A DNA stretch of 64,000 nt. It comes from Lama guanicoe. Taxonomy: Eukaryota. This document shows, in pieces, positions 35,905 through 47,890 of the stretch. The stretch spans positions 1,428,001 through 1,492,000 of the forward strand of contig MU053933.1 in assembly GCA_013239625.1 (NCBI GenBank), in the 5' to 3' direction. Position numbers and translations under genes: made by a program. The notes beneath the pieces were generated by a model that had not been told where the DNA came from, ran no database searches, and was given only the letters and a program-made list of their open reading frames with translations. Numbering within the stretch: the stretch's first letter is position 1; each line of letters opens with the position of its first letter.

Positions 35905-35990
35905 AAAGCGCTGGCCCTTGGGAGCGCGACTTTCTCATCCATGCTGATAACAAGGACTCATCAAATGCTGCAGATGACATCAAGTGACCT
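35905..35990 (+). mobile_element. CR1/L3 LINE reverse-transcriptase remnant
   Basis: ctcatcaaatgctgcagatgacatcaag reads LIK(x)ADDIK with a 1-nt indel, compared with CR1 LIKFADDTK. Confidence 0.55.
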
Positions 35991-36004
35991 GCATAGCACT
36001 GCCC

Positions 36005-36045
36005 CTCCCCACCTGCGGACAAGGAAACCGAGGCTCAGAGAGCCC
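36005..36045 (-). mobile_element. MIR core fragment
   Basis: cccacctgcggacaaggaaaccgaggctcagagag. Confidence 0.6.
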
Positions 36046-37967
36046 ACGGGTGCCCGGGTCTTCCAGTTGGTGCCCAGCTCGCTGTGTAAGGTGGGGGGCC
36101 TGGTTCCCCGTGGATGCCGTGGAGGCAGCAGCGCCCACTTGTGGGTCCCCTGTCAGGAGCCAGAGGGGGCAGCCATCTGGACAGTGACACCCTTAAACCT
36201 AGGGGTTGTCGGTACTGCAGACCCTGGAGTTGGTGCCCTTCAGGAGGAGGACACCCCTCGGGAAGGACAGGGATGGGTCAGTTTCATCCCCAGAGCAGAG
36301 ATGGCAGAGCACGTGGGCAGACAGGCCCGCGGGGACACAGCCCAGCACTGGCACTGACTGATGGAAGTGCTCCCAGATGCCAGGGCCCTGGGCTGGGGAG
36401 GAGGGCCAGCTGCTGACACTCGTGGTCACCGGACAGCCCACGTGTGGACAGCAAGGCCAGGGGCATGACCTCGTGGGTCGAAGTCTCCAGGGTCAGGCCT
36501 GCGGCTGTCCCAGCCCTGAGGACAGGACGGTTCCAAGGACAGAATGAATTCCCAGCCCTGTGCTGGAGGCGCCCACCCCCAGGATCCTCGCTGGAGACAC
36601 GAGGGTAGAGGCCACCCTGCTTTCCCGGCGAGGGAGTGCGCCCTGCCCTCGGGCCTGGGCTGCAGGAGCCCCTGATCTCCCAGGGATGGGCCCCCACCCT
36701 GGGCAGCTGCCTGGGGCGGCCTGCTCGACACTGAGGGCAGAGACGGGAGGCTTCTGGAGGAATCGCACCGTCACTCTGTAATCCGAGGCCTGCTCGCCCA
36801 GCCCTGGGGATTGTGGGGGAGATGCTGCCGCAGGCCGGCTTCTGCGCGTCCATACAACCCCCACCCACGTGCCAGGCCAGTAGCCTGGCTGATGGGGCAG
36901 CAGCCTTCCTCTGGCCATGCTGGGTCTCACCTCCTCGAGGTCGTTCCCCACAGCAGACCAGGACCCCGAGTTGACAAAGGCTTAGGCAGGGTCCCCATGG
37001 GGTGTCTCCCCTGAGTGCAGACTGAGGGTGGGGGTGGGGGCGTCTGCATCCCTGTGGACCTGTCAGTGCAGGGGGAGGTGAGGCCATGGGCCCCAAGGAC
37101 CTGGGTGAGGCAGGTGGGGGCGATGCACCCCCCTCCTGCATGATCCACGTCCTGGAGCTGTCACCCAGAAACTTCATTTTACCTTTAAACCACCCAGGCC
37201 CAGTCAGGGGACCGCCTGCCCCAGTCTCTATCCCACACCTTGGCTGCCCTTTCTCCCTCTGCCTCCCTCACAGCTGTCAGGTGACCTCCCACGTCTCCCG
37301 CCGCCTCCCGCCTCCGGCCTGCTGGGCGCTGCTTCCTTCCAGCTGTCCTGCCCATGGACAGACTCCGGCCCTTCTGCCAGCGGCTTCCGAGAGCTCCTCC
37401 TTGTTCTCCACACCCTGAACACGTGTCTGGAACCCTGAGCCACCTCTGATGTCCAGTTCCGAGCTGGGCGCCCAGGCTCTGCTGCTTCTGTCTCTCCAGG
37501 GGTCTGAGGGCTGTCTACACCCCTCAGCTGGCCGCCCTGGGCCCCTTGTGGGCGGCTGTGCACCAGCCGCAGCGCTTAGCTTCTCCTGCGCGCGCGCTCA
37601 CGGGCACGGCTCACACCGCCACCTCTTTTCCCTGCCTTGGGTTCCAGCAGACTCCTCCGTCCTTCTCCTTCTCCTACTTCAGTACTCCTCTCCCCTCTTT
37701 TGAGATTTTTGTCTCCATGACTGCATTTTCCGCTTCCAAGATTTGCCGCTTCCTTACCCCGCTGTTCTTGCTCCGTGTCTGCCAATTGGATCTCACAGTT
37801 CCTGTGAGTGGGTGCTGTTCCTGCATTTACTCCTTTGAGCATCGCAGGTTATTTGGGAGTTTTTGTGAGACCCCTCCACAAACCTACCTCCGTCTGAGCG
37901 AACGCATGTTCTGAGAATGCATTTGGTTGGCTCTTCCTTTTCTTTTTCTTCTTGTTTTTAATAAGGT

Positions 37968-38020
37968 AATTAACACAACACTATAAAGCAACTATACTTC
38001 AATCAAAAAATAAAAATTAA
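37968..38020 (+). mobile_element. Very short cetartiodactyl L1 3' terminus with A-tail
   Basis: aattaacacaacactataaagcaactatacttcaatcaaaaaataaaaatt. Confidence 0.8.
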
Positions 38021-38054
38021 GAAATAAAATGAAAATTTTTTAATTTAAAAAGAA

Positions 38055-38145
38055 CGTTTTTAATGAGAGAAAATCCACATCACAAAGTTGAAACGTACAA
38101 TTCAGTGACATTTAACACATTCTCAGACTCTGCAACCATGACTGT
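38055..38145 (-). mobile_element. L1MB-type 3' terminal fragment
   Basis: gtacaattcagtgacatttaacacattc...tgcaaccat. Confidence 0.7.
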
Positions 38146-38833
38146 CTCTTTTTTGTTTTTTGATTTTTAAAAATGGTTATGACTGTCCCTTGCATAAGAA
38201 GAGCTTCTCGGGTTTTAGATTTGTGTTAGCAGACTTATTTTGAGTGGTCGGTGGTGGTTGTTTTGTTGTTGGAGTTTCTGGTTTTGCTGTTCCTGTCCCT
38301 CCCTGTCCAGAAGTTGTGCATCTGCCTCCAGACCTGCTGTCCAGCCCCAGGGCTCCCACTGGCGTCTGAGCTGCTGACCTGCGACGATCCTGGTCCTGTC
38401 ACGGGCCCGCAGGAGCCCACACTTGTCTGCTCCCCTCCCGCAGTGTCCTGCCAGGCTGGAGCCAGCAGCTGCATGTGTCCAGCCAGCACTTGCAGCCTGG
38501 GTTCCGGCAGCCGGGTTGCCTCACAGGGGCTGAGAGTAGATCCACTAAGCTCCATCCGGAGCCCCTGGGAGAGAGCTCAGGAGCCCAGGCTCGGGTGGTG
38601 GGCCGGCTGGGGCCCTGCCACCTACGGGCAACCCTCCCACACCAGGCAATGGTCATGCGTGTGACCCCTTGTCCCCTGGGTTAGGGAGGCCCCCGCCCCG
38701 AACGAGCCCAGAAAGCCTTGTGGGGTGTCTGTGGACACTTATCAGGACCACCGTTGGGACCCTCCACAGACATTACCTCTCTCTGCCATCCCGGCAGACT
38801 GACGCAAGCAAGCACTTGGGTGCATCCTGGGAA

Positions 38834-39224
38834 GAGTCTGGATCAAGACACGGGAAATCGATGCTCTAAGAGCCAATTAACAAAATGCCCTTAACTGACC
38901 AGTTTTATGAAAGTCTCTAACTGACCCATTTACCAAAACTTCAGACATATTTTAAACCTGGTCTGGGCAGTTAGCCACAGCTGTTTGCCAACAAGGGTAG
39001 GAGCAAGGCCTAAAAATTCTGGCCAAGTACGTAAGCCAGGGTCAAGGGCACATTCCGAAGAAAAGACAGTCAGTCAAGCTGGACCAGTGCATTCTGGCAA
39101 AAATGGCCACCAGGAAGCAGCCAGAAAGAGAATCCTGTGAGGACGTCCTCAGTTATTCACCACATAGATCACTTGGGGCCATCTGGCTCTGAGCAAATGA
39201 GTTGCAGTGACTTGATCTAATTCC
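38834..39224. mobile_element. Unclassified non-autonomous DNA-transposon-like element with degenerate TIRs
   Basis: Left gagtctggatcaagacac...tgctctaagagcca versus reverse complement of right end gaattagatcaagtcac...tgctcagagcca; interior is lower in GC. Confidence 0.45.
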
Positions 39225-39254
39225 GAAGACACAGCAGAGAGACGTCAAGAGCAC

Positions 39255-39360
39255 AGTGGAGTCCCCGCTGCTCCACCACTGCTAACTGCCACAGCGCCCT
39301 CTCTGTGCCTCGGTTCCTTCCCCCCTTCTGTGGTTGTAAGGATTAAAAGGGACCACATAG
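39255..39360 (+). mobile_element. MIR fragment
   Basis: ctccaccactgctaactg...ctctctgtgcctcggtt...ggttgtaaggattaaa. Confidence 0.65.
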
Positions 39361-42300
39361 CCCAGTGAATTTCTGTGGAGGTCACCATGCTCTGGGTTCC
39401 TGCTGTGGCTCCGCCATCGGGCACTCAGGGCCACCTGCGGCTCCGTTCACAAGCTGGCCCCTCACTGCGTCGGGGCCTGTGTTCTGGAGGAAGTGAAGTG
39501 ACCTCGGCCGAAGCTCCCTGCCCAGCCCTGGGAAAGGACAAGCAGAAGGGGCTTCTCCTGGAAGCCCCCAGAAGCAGCTCTCTCCTTGCTGGCTTCTCCC
39601 CCGTGGAGCACAGGGGACGTGCCAGCCGCCCGTCCCTCCCTGGCCCCCCAGTCCGGCAGTCTCTTCCTTCCTTCCCTTCTCTCTTTTCCCTCTGAAGCAG
39701 TTTCCCTGTCTCTCATTTCCGGCCCCACCCGTGTGTCCAGGCTGCTCCATCCCGCAGGCACACCCACAGAGCCCACCAGAGCCCTGCTAGCGCTAGTCTG
39801 AAAATCTATACGGATGTGAGCCGGAGGGGGAGGGGCCCTCAGTCCTCCCCACCCACCGACAGCGACTCCCCCAGGGGCCTCCTCTGCGCTGGGTCCACCC
39901 GCCAACGCTCATTCTTGCTGCAAGTGACAGCGACTGCAGACTTCCTGCACGGCCGCCGTTGGACAAGGCCGGCTGGCAGTAAGGCCGCTGTCTGGGGCCC
40001 CCACTGTGCAGCTGGGCAGCGGGCGAGCTCAGGCAGCACCTGCGCCTGCCGTGCACCTGCCGTGCACCTGCCCCAGCTGGGTCCTGATTAGCCCCACTGT
40101 GTGCACCCCCAAGCTGACCGGGGGCACCTTGGTGCAGCCGAGTCACTGGACCACTCAGAGCCTGCTGGGCAAACCTTTAAATGGCATCTCCACGGCTCTG
40201 GCCTCGTCATCACTGCCCTGTCACGGGCCCGCAGGGTCTAAGTCAGTGAGCCCAGGGGTGCAGTCAGCGCGTTTGCATCGGTGGTGTTGCTGGCCTATGA
40301 TTCTCCAAGTCTGGCTCTGAGCTGCAGCGCGAATCCTCCATCCCCTCTTAGCTGGGTCCACAAAGCTGGTGTGGCCTCCTGGCTCTGCCCAGCCACCTTA
40401 TGGCCCGCGGCCCCTGTGGGGACAGGAGGGGGCTCAGATCCTGGGAGAAAAGCTCAGTTCAGAAGTACACCTCAGCCAGTTGGGAGCTGATACAGTTCAT
40501 CAAAACTCAGCTGGCCAGCAGCCAGTGCAGGGGTGCCCCCAGCAGACACCGGTGGACGGCAGAAACCTCCAGCTGCCTGTCTGACATTCTGCTTCCGTGT
40601 GGCCAGCACCACCTCCCTCCACACACACCTGTCGGTGTTCCTACCTCCACCAACGGCCCTTCTGTCCCCAAGCTTGAGGCGATCAGCTCCACCTGCCCCT
40701 TCTCTGAAGCCAATGTCACAACAGGTGATGCAAAGCCTGCACCAGGCACCCTGAGCCCCAACACCATTCCCATCTCCCACTTTGTCTCCTCGCCTTGCTC
40801 CCAGCCTATCTGACCTAAAAGCCCGCCCTCACCTTACAGCGTCAGCCTGGGCCTCCTGGGCCAGCCCAGCTGGGGAGCCGGGGCGGGCTATCACAAACAC
40901 TGCCCACTTCCTAGAGCTGGAGAGCCCCTAAGAGGGTCGTACAGAGATTCACTCAGCAGACAGGAAGGAGGGACGGAGGGCGAGGAGCCAGTGCCGGCGG
41001 CTCCCCTGCCTTTCATCTCCCTGGGCTGCAACGCCCCCACCCTGCATCCCACAGGCCCACTGGGAGTGGACATGCACCCTTATGTGGTGAGTGCCTGGCA
41101 TGTGGAAGGGGTCCACGTGTCGTCCCCTTGGAATGGACACAGTGACTTGCCCTGTGTCCCAGGACCTCAGGGTCCAGCAGGAATGCAGATGGGGCTGAAA
41201 GTGGAGGGACAGGAGCCTCTGGGAGGGGCCACCTGTCCAAGCCCTGTGCTCAGACACCCGATGGCACGTGGACACGGGCTCTGTGACCCCAGGGCATCCA
41301 CTGGTCTGGGTCCCAGCATCTGCCAGCTCTCCGCACTTCCACAGTGCAGGCAGGTCCTGCAGGCAGGCCACCCCCACCCTGGCGGGGGGATGTTTTTCTG
41401 ACTGGGGACCCCCCGCCGCTGCACTTCCGCCAGGCCCACACCTGCCCAGGAGGAGGCTGAGCTGGTGGACCCACGGCCCATCGCCGCGAGGCCACACCAC
41501 GTCCATCTGGGGCCTTTACACGGAGGGAGGCTGCGACTTGCCCCCTCGCTGCTGGCAGTGTCACACGGGCGTGTCCGCCCCGCGGCTGCCCCCGCACGCT
41601 GCCGGGAGCAGACCCGCGGCCACGCTGCGCCGGCTGCGCGGCGGGTCCTCGTCGTACTCCCGCCCACACGCCCCGTGTCCGGCTGGCAGCCCCCCGCCAT
41701 CAGCTCGTCTTACTTTTTATGCGTTTCACAGTCAGCCATCGCAGCCCTTTTTAAGGGAAAAAACTAAACAATCTAAGTGTCTGTCAGTGGGGGCTGGTGA
41801 GTGAATGACAGCACAGCGGGCAGGGGGTGCTGCGCCCCTCAGAGGGGGGCGTCCCCAAGACAGACGGGCGGGTGGGTGAGGACACGCTCAGGACAGGGGG
41901 AAGGCCGCTCCCCTCGTGCGACATGTGCACACATTTTGTCTACACCTGCCATGGAGCAGGGCGTGCAGCTGGGGCTCCCCCAGGCCAGCCCTCACCCAGG
42001 AGCCTGGCGTCCTCAGATAAATGACCCAACCTCCTGTCCTTCAGCCTCAAGGGTCGGGGCTCAGCGGTGCCCAGCAGGACCGAGCCCAGGCGTCCCAGTG
42101 AGCTCCTGGATGTGGGCGCACAGGGCCCCGCCCTCTCACTCCTCCTGCGACACCTCCTGGGTCCCCTGCAAGTTACCCACCTGCAGCCAAGTCTGTCTCC
42201 AGCACTGCTTTCAGGGGACCCCAGCTAAGACACACCTCATATAAAATACAGTGACAGGTGTGGAAAGCCTCCTGGGGGGATCCTGGGGATGTGGTGACAG

Positions 42301-42429
42301 TGACAACCCGGGGGGGCCACGGGGCAGGAAGTTCACTGCTCAGTCTTCCTTCTATTCCTTCCTTTTCTTTTGAATTCTGGGTTCTGGGCATGTCTCATCT
42401 ACTTCAAAAATACATTTTTAGTGACAGTC

Positions 42430-42910
42430 AGAGACACCTCGGTCTCTACCCAGGAGAAGTGAAAACGCACGTCCAGCTAAAGGCCTGCTCACAAAGGTCC
42501 GAGGGCGTGCAGCAGCTTGGCTCCTGCCAGCCGGGGAGTGGGAACGACCCAGACGCCCAGCAGCAGATGCCAGGGCCGCCCAGGTGCGGCGCTCAGCCGT
42601 GAGGAGTGAGGTGCGCCCCCGCCAGCAGCCCCCGTCCGCCGTCAAAACAAGCTGACGGACAGAAGTCAGACAAAGACCACGTGCTGGATGGTCCCACTTA
42701 CGGGAAATGTCCGGACGATAAATCTACAGGCAGAAAGCAAGTTCGTGGCAGCCCAGAGCTGGTGGGAACAGGGACTGCCTGTAAGGGGCACGAGGGGTCT
42801 TTTCAGAATGATGGAAACGTTCTAAAAGTGGGTTATGGTGATGGCTGTATGACTTCATAAATTTACTAAAAGTCACCAATTAAATGCACGCAAAACAGGT
42901 GAATTTCAGT
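42430..42910 (+). mobile_element. L1MB7/8-like 3' end
   Basis: tacccaggagaagtgaaaac, agaagtcagacaaa, aaatctacaggcagaaagca, gggcacgaggggtctttt, tgatggaaacgttctaaaa, taaatttactaaaa. Confidence 0.85.
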
Positions 42911-43559
42911 TCAGGCAGTAGGCGGCGGAGGGCGGTGGTGGTCGGGCCTGTTCCGGGAGCCCTTGTCACCACGCTTGTCCCCCCATCCCAAAGGCAGCTG
43001 CCTGGGCTGTCAGCTTCCCGCTGTTACCTGGGAGGTGGCCTCGTAACCACCAAGCTCTCTTTCCTCAGCGTCATCTCTGTAACTCCAACAAGAAAACTTA
43101 AACAACAAAAAGGCAGCTGAGTGAAGGACGCACACGGTGTCCCTGGCTGCAGCGGGGACATTCTGCCTGGAGGCCCCACGTTCTCTGTGTGTGTGGGAGG
43201 TGGTAGGATGGCCCCGCCTGCAGTGGCATCTCTGCCCCACAGGCAACTCGGAAGGGCTGTGACCCAGGCATCTGCCGAGACAGGCGGGGGAGCCAGCGTC
43301 CTGCACCCTCCCCGAGCTGCCCGCTCTCCTGGGGTGAAGGCCTGTCCCCTACACCAGCCTCTCCTCAAGTTCCGTCCTCTGCCGGCCAGCCACACCCCCA
43401 CCCCCATCTTCGACCTTGGCCAAGGCCGGTCCCCTCACCTGGTGGGCCCACCCCAGGGGCAGACGTCCTGGAACAGACAGAAGGATGAAGATGATGACTG
43501 GTCCCAGAAGTGTCGGGAAGAAACATGAAGCAGGAGTTCTAAACACAGCCTTGCACCTT

Positions 43560-43955
43560 CGTGATGTTTATTTATCAAACGTAACATGAAAACAAGAGCA
43601 ACTTTGAAATGCAGTTCACTTTAGCCATTTAGGGCTCGATCACAAGCCTAAGCAAGTTCCCTCAAACCATTAAAACTGCAAATGCTGATTCAGTGTGAAA
43701 GATTCTTCTGAACACTTCAAACTTCTTGCGCAGCAAACAGAACATACACGAATATAATTATCATCAAAATTATGGCTACAGTTGCAAAAAAATAGATTCT
43801 GAAACATCCATGTTTAGTTTCATTTTTGTATTAACTTCTATGCTGGTTTTAAACCTTCCTAGCTGTTAGCTCTGCTGGTTTTAAAGTCCTGCTGCGGCGT
43901 AAGTGATATTAGGTTGACAAGTCCTGGGGCTGCAGAAGTCCTATGAGACCCCAAG
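43560..43955 (+). mobile_element. hAT-superfamily DNA transposon 3' remnant
   Basis: AT-rich block; FPQTIK...(frameshift)LQMLIQ-CERFF*TL with TGT GAA AGA TTC TTC at 43694 resembles the hAT C-terminal dimerisation motif. Confidence 0.5.
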
Positions 43956-44014
43956 AAGTATTACCTTCTCAACCAATGGCGATCATGGAATGAACCGTCC
44001 ACCTGTTGGTTGAT

Positions 44015-44130
44015 TTTTCACTTTTTATTAGGAAATTGTCAAACATGTACCAACACAGAGCGAAGAGCATAATAAACACCCAGGGCCCGTCACGCCCACA
44101 GCCGTCGCCAGCTGTGACCAGTGACCAGCG
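44015..44130 (-). mobile_element. L1MC4/5-type 3' terminal fragment
   Basis: ttttattaggaaattgtcaaacatgtac...ataataaacaccca. Confidence 0.65.
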
Positions 44131-45019
44131 ATCTCTGTCCACGTCTGTCTGTCATGTGCAAAGGTCCTGAGAAAGCTTCACACCATCAAAAGATAAGGCA
44201 GACTTTCCAGGTAAGCAAGAGGAGGAGGCGGGAATGACCCATGGGGTCTGGATTAGGTCAGAGACCCATCTTTGGCTTATTGAGATACAACCGGTCACAC
44301 AGAAACGTTCACAGGCCTGTGTCCGCCGCACACGGGGCAGCACCTCCGTGCGCAGGAGCTGCGAGGGCCTGGACGCAACGGCCCCCCAGCAGGGAGCACA
44401 CCCGGTGCCAGACGTCAGTTTCTTAAACGCATCCCGGGACAAGGCCCTGGGGCTCCGGGGAAAGCGGCAGGAGATATCAGAGATGAGCCTGGAGCACTCG
44501 CGGTGCCAGAAAGTAGGAAAAAGCTAAAAACAAACAAACAAAAAACCCCATCCTGATCGGTGGGTCGGCATTGGCTCATTCCTGTCACAAATGGACCACA
44601 GGGACATGCGGGGTTAGTAACAGGTAGTCACAGGGCAGCCGGGAACCCCCTGCCCTGTCTTCAGGGTCTCCTGCAAACCTAAAGTTAAGTCTGTCTAAAC
44701 ACAAATGGTAGTTGTCACTGCTCTGGTCGGGGCTTGAAGGCCGAGGGAGAGAAGAGGGAGGCGGGGAGCAGCGGGCAGAGCGGGAGGGGGAACCGAGAGT
44801 GGGGTCGGGGCTTGTGGGCGTGGACACTCTCCAGACGTCCGAGCAGGGCACATGCACGATGACCACACAGCCTGGGGTCTTGGCCGGGGACTCAACCGTG
44901 GGAGCCATTGGTGGCTGTGTTGCGGGAGAACAGGTTCTCGCCTGGAAGCGAGAGGCGGAGCGTGAGAGCGACCACCATGCAGGCTGGTTAGGTTCTAGGG
45001 GCTGCGTGATTGCCCGTGC

Positions 45020-45135
45020 TAAAGTGCTAACCACCCACTTTGGGGAAGGGGCGAGGGTTTCCAGGACATGCCCCCTCCCACTTTTTGACCTTTTGTGGTC
45101 AGCCAGGGAACTGTCCTGGCGCCTGTGGGTGCACC
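45020..45135 (-). mobile_element. ERV1-like LTR fragment (may extend left towards ~44560)
   Basis: Aligns in reverse complement to 49029-49110 of the LTR below (cccactttttgaccttttgtggtcagccagggaactgtcctggcgcctgtgggtg). Confidence 0.65.
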
Positions 45136-45256
45136 AGCAGGCCCAAGGTCTACTGGAGGGCGCGTCTTCTGCCTTCTTGGTTCTAACCAGTGTGTCCTGT
45201 CCTCAGTGGCTGTGTCCTTCCCTCAGAGGTTGTGCCCTGCCCCTTCCTCCCACTTC

Positions 45257-45483
45257 GGATGGACCGTGGAGTTTGAAGCCCAGGTCCTGGGGAGCAAGAG
45301 ACCCTGGGGCCAGTGTTGACAGGAAGGCCAGTGGGTGAGCCTCGGGCTTCCCGGCACCCGGGGCCAGTCCTGCAGGGAGGTGCCTGGAGGGCGGCCAGCG
45401 AGGGGCCGGGTGGGTGCCCTGGAGCAGCGGAGGGGGCGCATCCAGGAGGGCCGCCTGCTGTGCCCAGCTGAGGCCTGGCCCCA
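45257..45483 (+). repeat. Left arm of a long inverted repeat
   Basis: Reverse complement of 46535-46764; hand alignment ~14 substitutions and 3 indels. Confidence 0.95.
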
Positions 45484-45954
45484 CACCCTTTAACCTGGAC
45501 GGCCAAACTGTCGCAGACCAGGACCCCTGCCCCAGGTCACCCAGCGCTCCTGCCCTGCAAACTGCACCACATCACGTGCTGCCCACCTCCCCCAAGGCCA
45601 CCCAGGACACGCTGCCCTGTGACAGCCCCTCCCCCAGCGGTGGGAGCACAGCCACGTGCTGGGGGCCCCGGGACTGGGCGGGACCTGCCCTCTGCCACCT
45701 CCCCACTGACACACTCCAACCAAATGTGGTGAAACAGCTTCGTCTGTTTTGGTTGGGGACATCCAAGGGGAGTCACAGAGGAACAGGGACCAACGCCCGC
45801 ACGTTCCGCCCAGAGGAAGACCTGACAGTGGCGCTGGGGGCCAGGGTCTCCTGCAGTCCCCTCTGGCCCTGCTCTGTCAGCCCTGCCCCCTCCCTGAGCC
45901 AGAGACACATTTGCCAGGGAGCGAGAGCCAGGCCTAGGTGGTGGGGGTCCGGGC

Positions 45955-46005
45955 AGGGCCTCAGTTTTCTCATCTCTAAAATGGAGACAACCAAGGTTGT
46001 AGGTG
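45955..46005 (+). mobile_element. MIR core fragment
   Basis: gggcctcagttttctcatctctaaaatggagacaa. Confidence 0.7.
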
Positions 46006-46369
46006 GCGGTCACGAGGGGGTGAGAGGAGCTGCCCCTCCCTCCACCCCCCCCTCCCCTACCCCTCGGCGGGCCAGCCTGGGGCCCCTCCCAGAATCCCCG
46101 TCTGCTCCGGACAGCAGCACCAGGCCTGCCTGGCTCAGATGCCCCGAGGCTGCCCGGGCCCTCAGCTACCTCCCCGGGCAGGACAGGAAGCAGGAGGTCA
46201 CCTTCTCAGCCCCGCTCCCACTGCCCCGGCTCTGCCCTCCTCCCGCCCCCCCCCACTGCGGCGGCAGCCGCCCTCACCCACCCTGGCCCACCCTCACCCC
46301 CTTGGGGTCCCTCCTTCATCCCCCCGGGGCGCTCCCCAGCCCCCTGCGGCCTGGGTCGTTTCCTCCCCA

Positions 46370-46482
46370 TCCCAGCAGAGCCATCTACACCGAAGTCTCC
46401 ATGTCTCCACGTCCCAGGAGAGCTGTTTACACGGCAGCCTCGATGTCCCCGCCTCCTAGGAGAGCTATCTACACTGCGGCCT
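46370..46482 (+). repeat. Degenerate 42-bp tandem repeat x ~2.7
   Basis: Units start at 46370, 46412, 46454 (tccYagSagagcYRtYtacac...). Confidence 0.85.
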
Positions 46483-46534
46483 GAGTATGGCCCCTCTTCA
46501 AGCAGGAGGGTTCTTATCTCTCCAAGGAGGTGCA

Positions 46535-46764
46535 TGGGGCCAGGCCTCAGCTGGGCAGAGCGGGCAGCCCTCCCGGATGCGCCCCCTCCCTGCCCCAGGA
46601 CGCCCACCTGCCCCGGCCCCTCGCTGGCCGCCCTCCAGGCACCGCCCTGCAGGACTGGCCCTGGGTGCCGGGAAGCCTGAGGCTCACCCACTGGCCTTCC
46701 TGTCAACACTGCCCCAGGGCCTCTCGCTCCCCAGGACTTGGGCTTCAAACTCCACCGTCCATCC
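46535..46764 (-). repeat. Right arm of the long inverted repeat
   Basis: Reverse complement of 45257-45483. Confidence 0.95.
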
Positions 46765-47164
46765 ACCAGTGACCTCCATGTTTCTGTCCCCAGCTGAGAC
46801 CCCAGGCTCTGCGCCATTGTGCCTGTCCCCTGCTCGGAAGGCTAAACGGCACCCTCACCAAAGGGGCCCAGACCCCGCTGTCGGCAGGCTGGCTGCCCAG
46901 CCTCCTCCCGGCCCCCACGTTCCCCCACAGGTGCAGGCACACCCCAGCTCTTCCAGACCCGGCCTTCAGCGACGTCTGCTGTGGTGTTTACACCGAGTAA
47001 ACCGGCAGACGCAGCTGCCCGGGTGCCCCTGGAGGGCCGGCTGTTAAACGTTAACCCCCCGAGGCTCTCTGGAGCCCGTCCAGCCTGATCTCCTAACCAC
47101 CAGGAGCGTGGCCGAATGTCCACGTCCCTAAGGCAAAGTTCCGAAGGCCCCTGTGGCACTGATT

Positions 47165-47890
47165 CACAACAGGGGCATATAATTGGCCTTCACCCTGTCC
47201 CTGCACAGAGCGCTCAGGCCCCTTGGGACTTCCTCGGAGGTTCTTCCTGGCAAATCACTTTCAGCCACACCTGGGTTGACGTTCATAACATCATTTTCGG
47301 AAAGCCCCGATATGACCGCTGGATGGGCGCCAGGTGCCGGGGAGCCAATCTTGCCAAGAAGGCTGGAACTTTCGGCCCCACCTCCCCACCCACTCCTCTG
47401 AGGAGAGAGGGGCCGAGGACAGCTCAGTCACCAACGGACAATGACTTAATCAATCATGACCATGTAATGGAACTTACTAAAACCCCAGAAGAACAGGGTT
47501 CAGAGAGCTTGCAGGTGGTGAACACGTAGAGGGGCTGGAAGCCGGGCCCCCTCCCCCACGCCCGGCCCAGGCATCGCTCCCTTGGGATGTTCCTGTGTTG
47601 TCTTTGTGGTTAATTGGCAATAGTAAGGGAGGCACTGTAAGCCATCCTGGCAAATTTTCATGGTGGGGGGGGGAGTGACAGGACCCTCTGATCTGAAGCC
47701 AAGTCGGACAGAAGTGGGGGTGCACTGGGGACCGTGGCCGGCTCTGGAGCAGGGGGAGCCTGTGGGACTGAGTCCCTCACCTCTGGGCCCTGTGCTGACT
47801 CCGGGAGTTGATGTCAGCCTTGAATCGACTTGTGGGACAGCCAGCTGGTGTCTGCAGGGCACTGGAGCGCAGCTCGTGTGGGGAAACAGC
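47165..47890 (+). mobile_element. MER21-like LTR
   Basis: ggctggaactttcggcccca, caatgacttaatcaatcatg, gggttcagagagctt, agccaagtcggacagaagt, tgtgggactgagtccct, cagctggtgtctgcag. Confidence 0.85.

Noticed and set aside
45414..46484. Longest ORF (356 aa)
   Set aside because: Runs through an inverted-repeat arm, a MIR fragment and a tandem repeat; no domain similarity.
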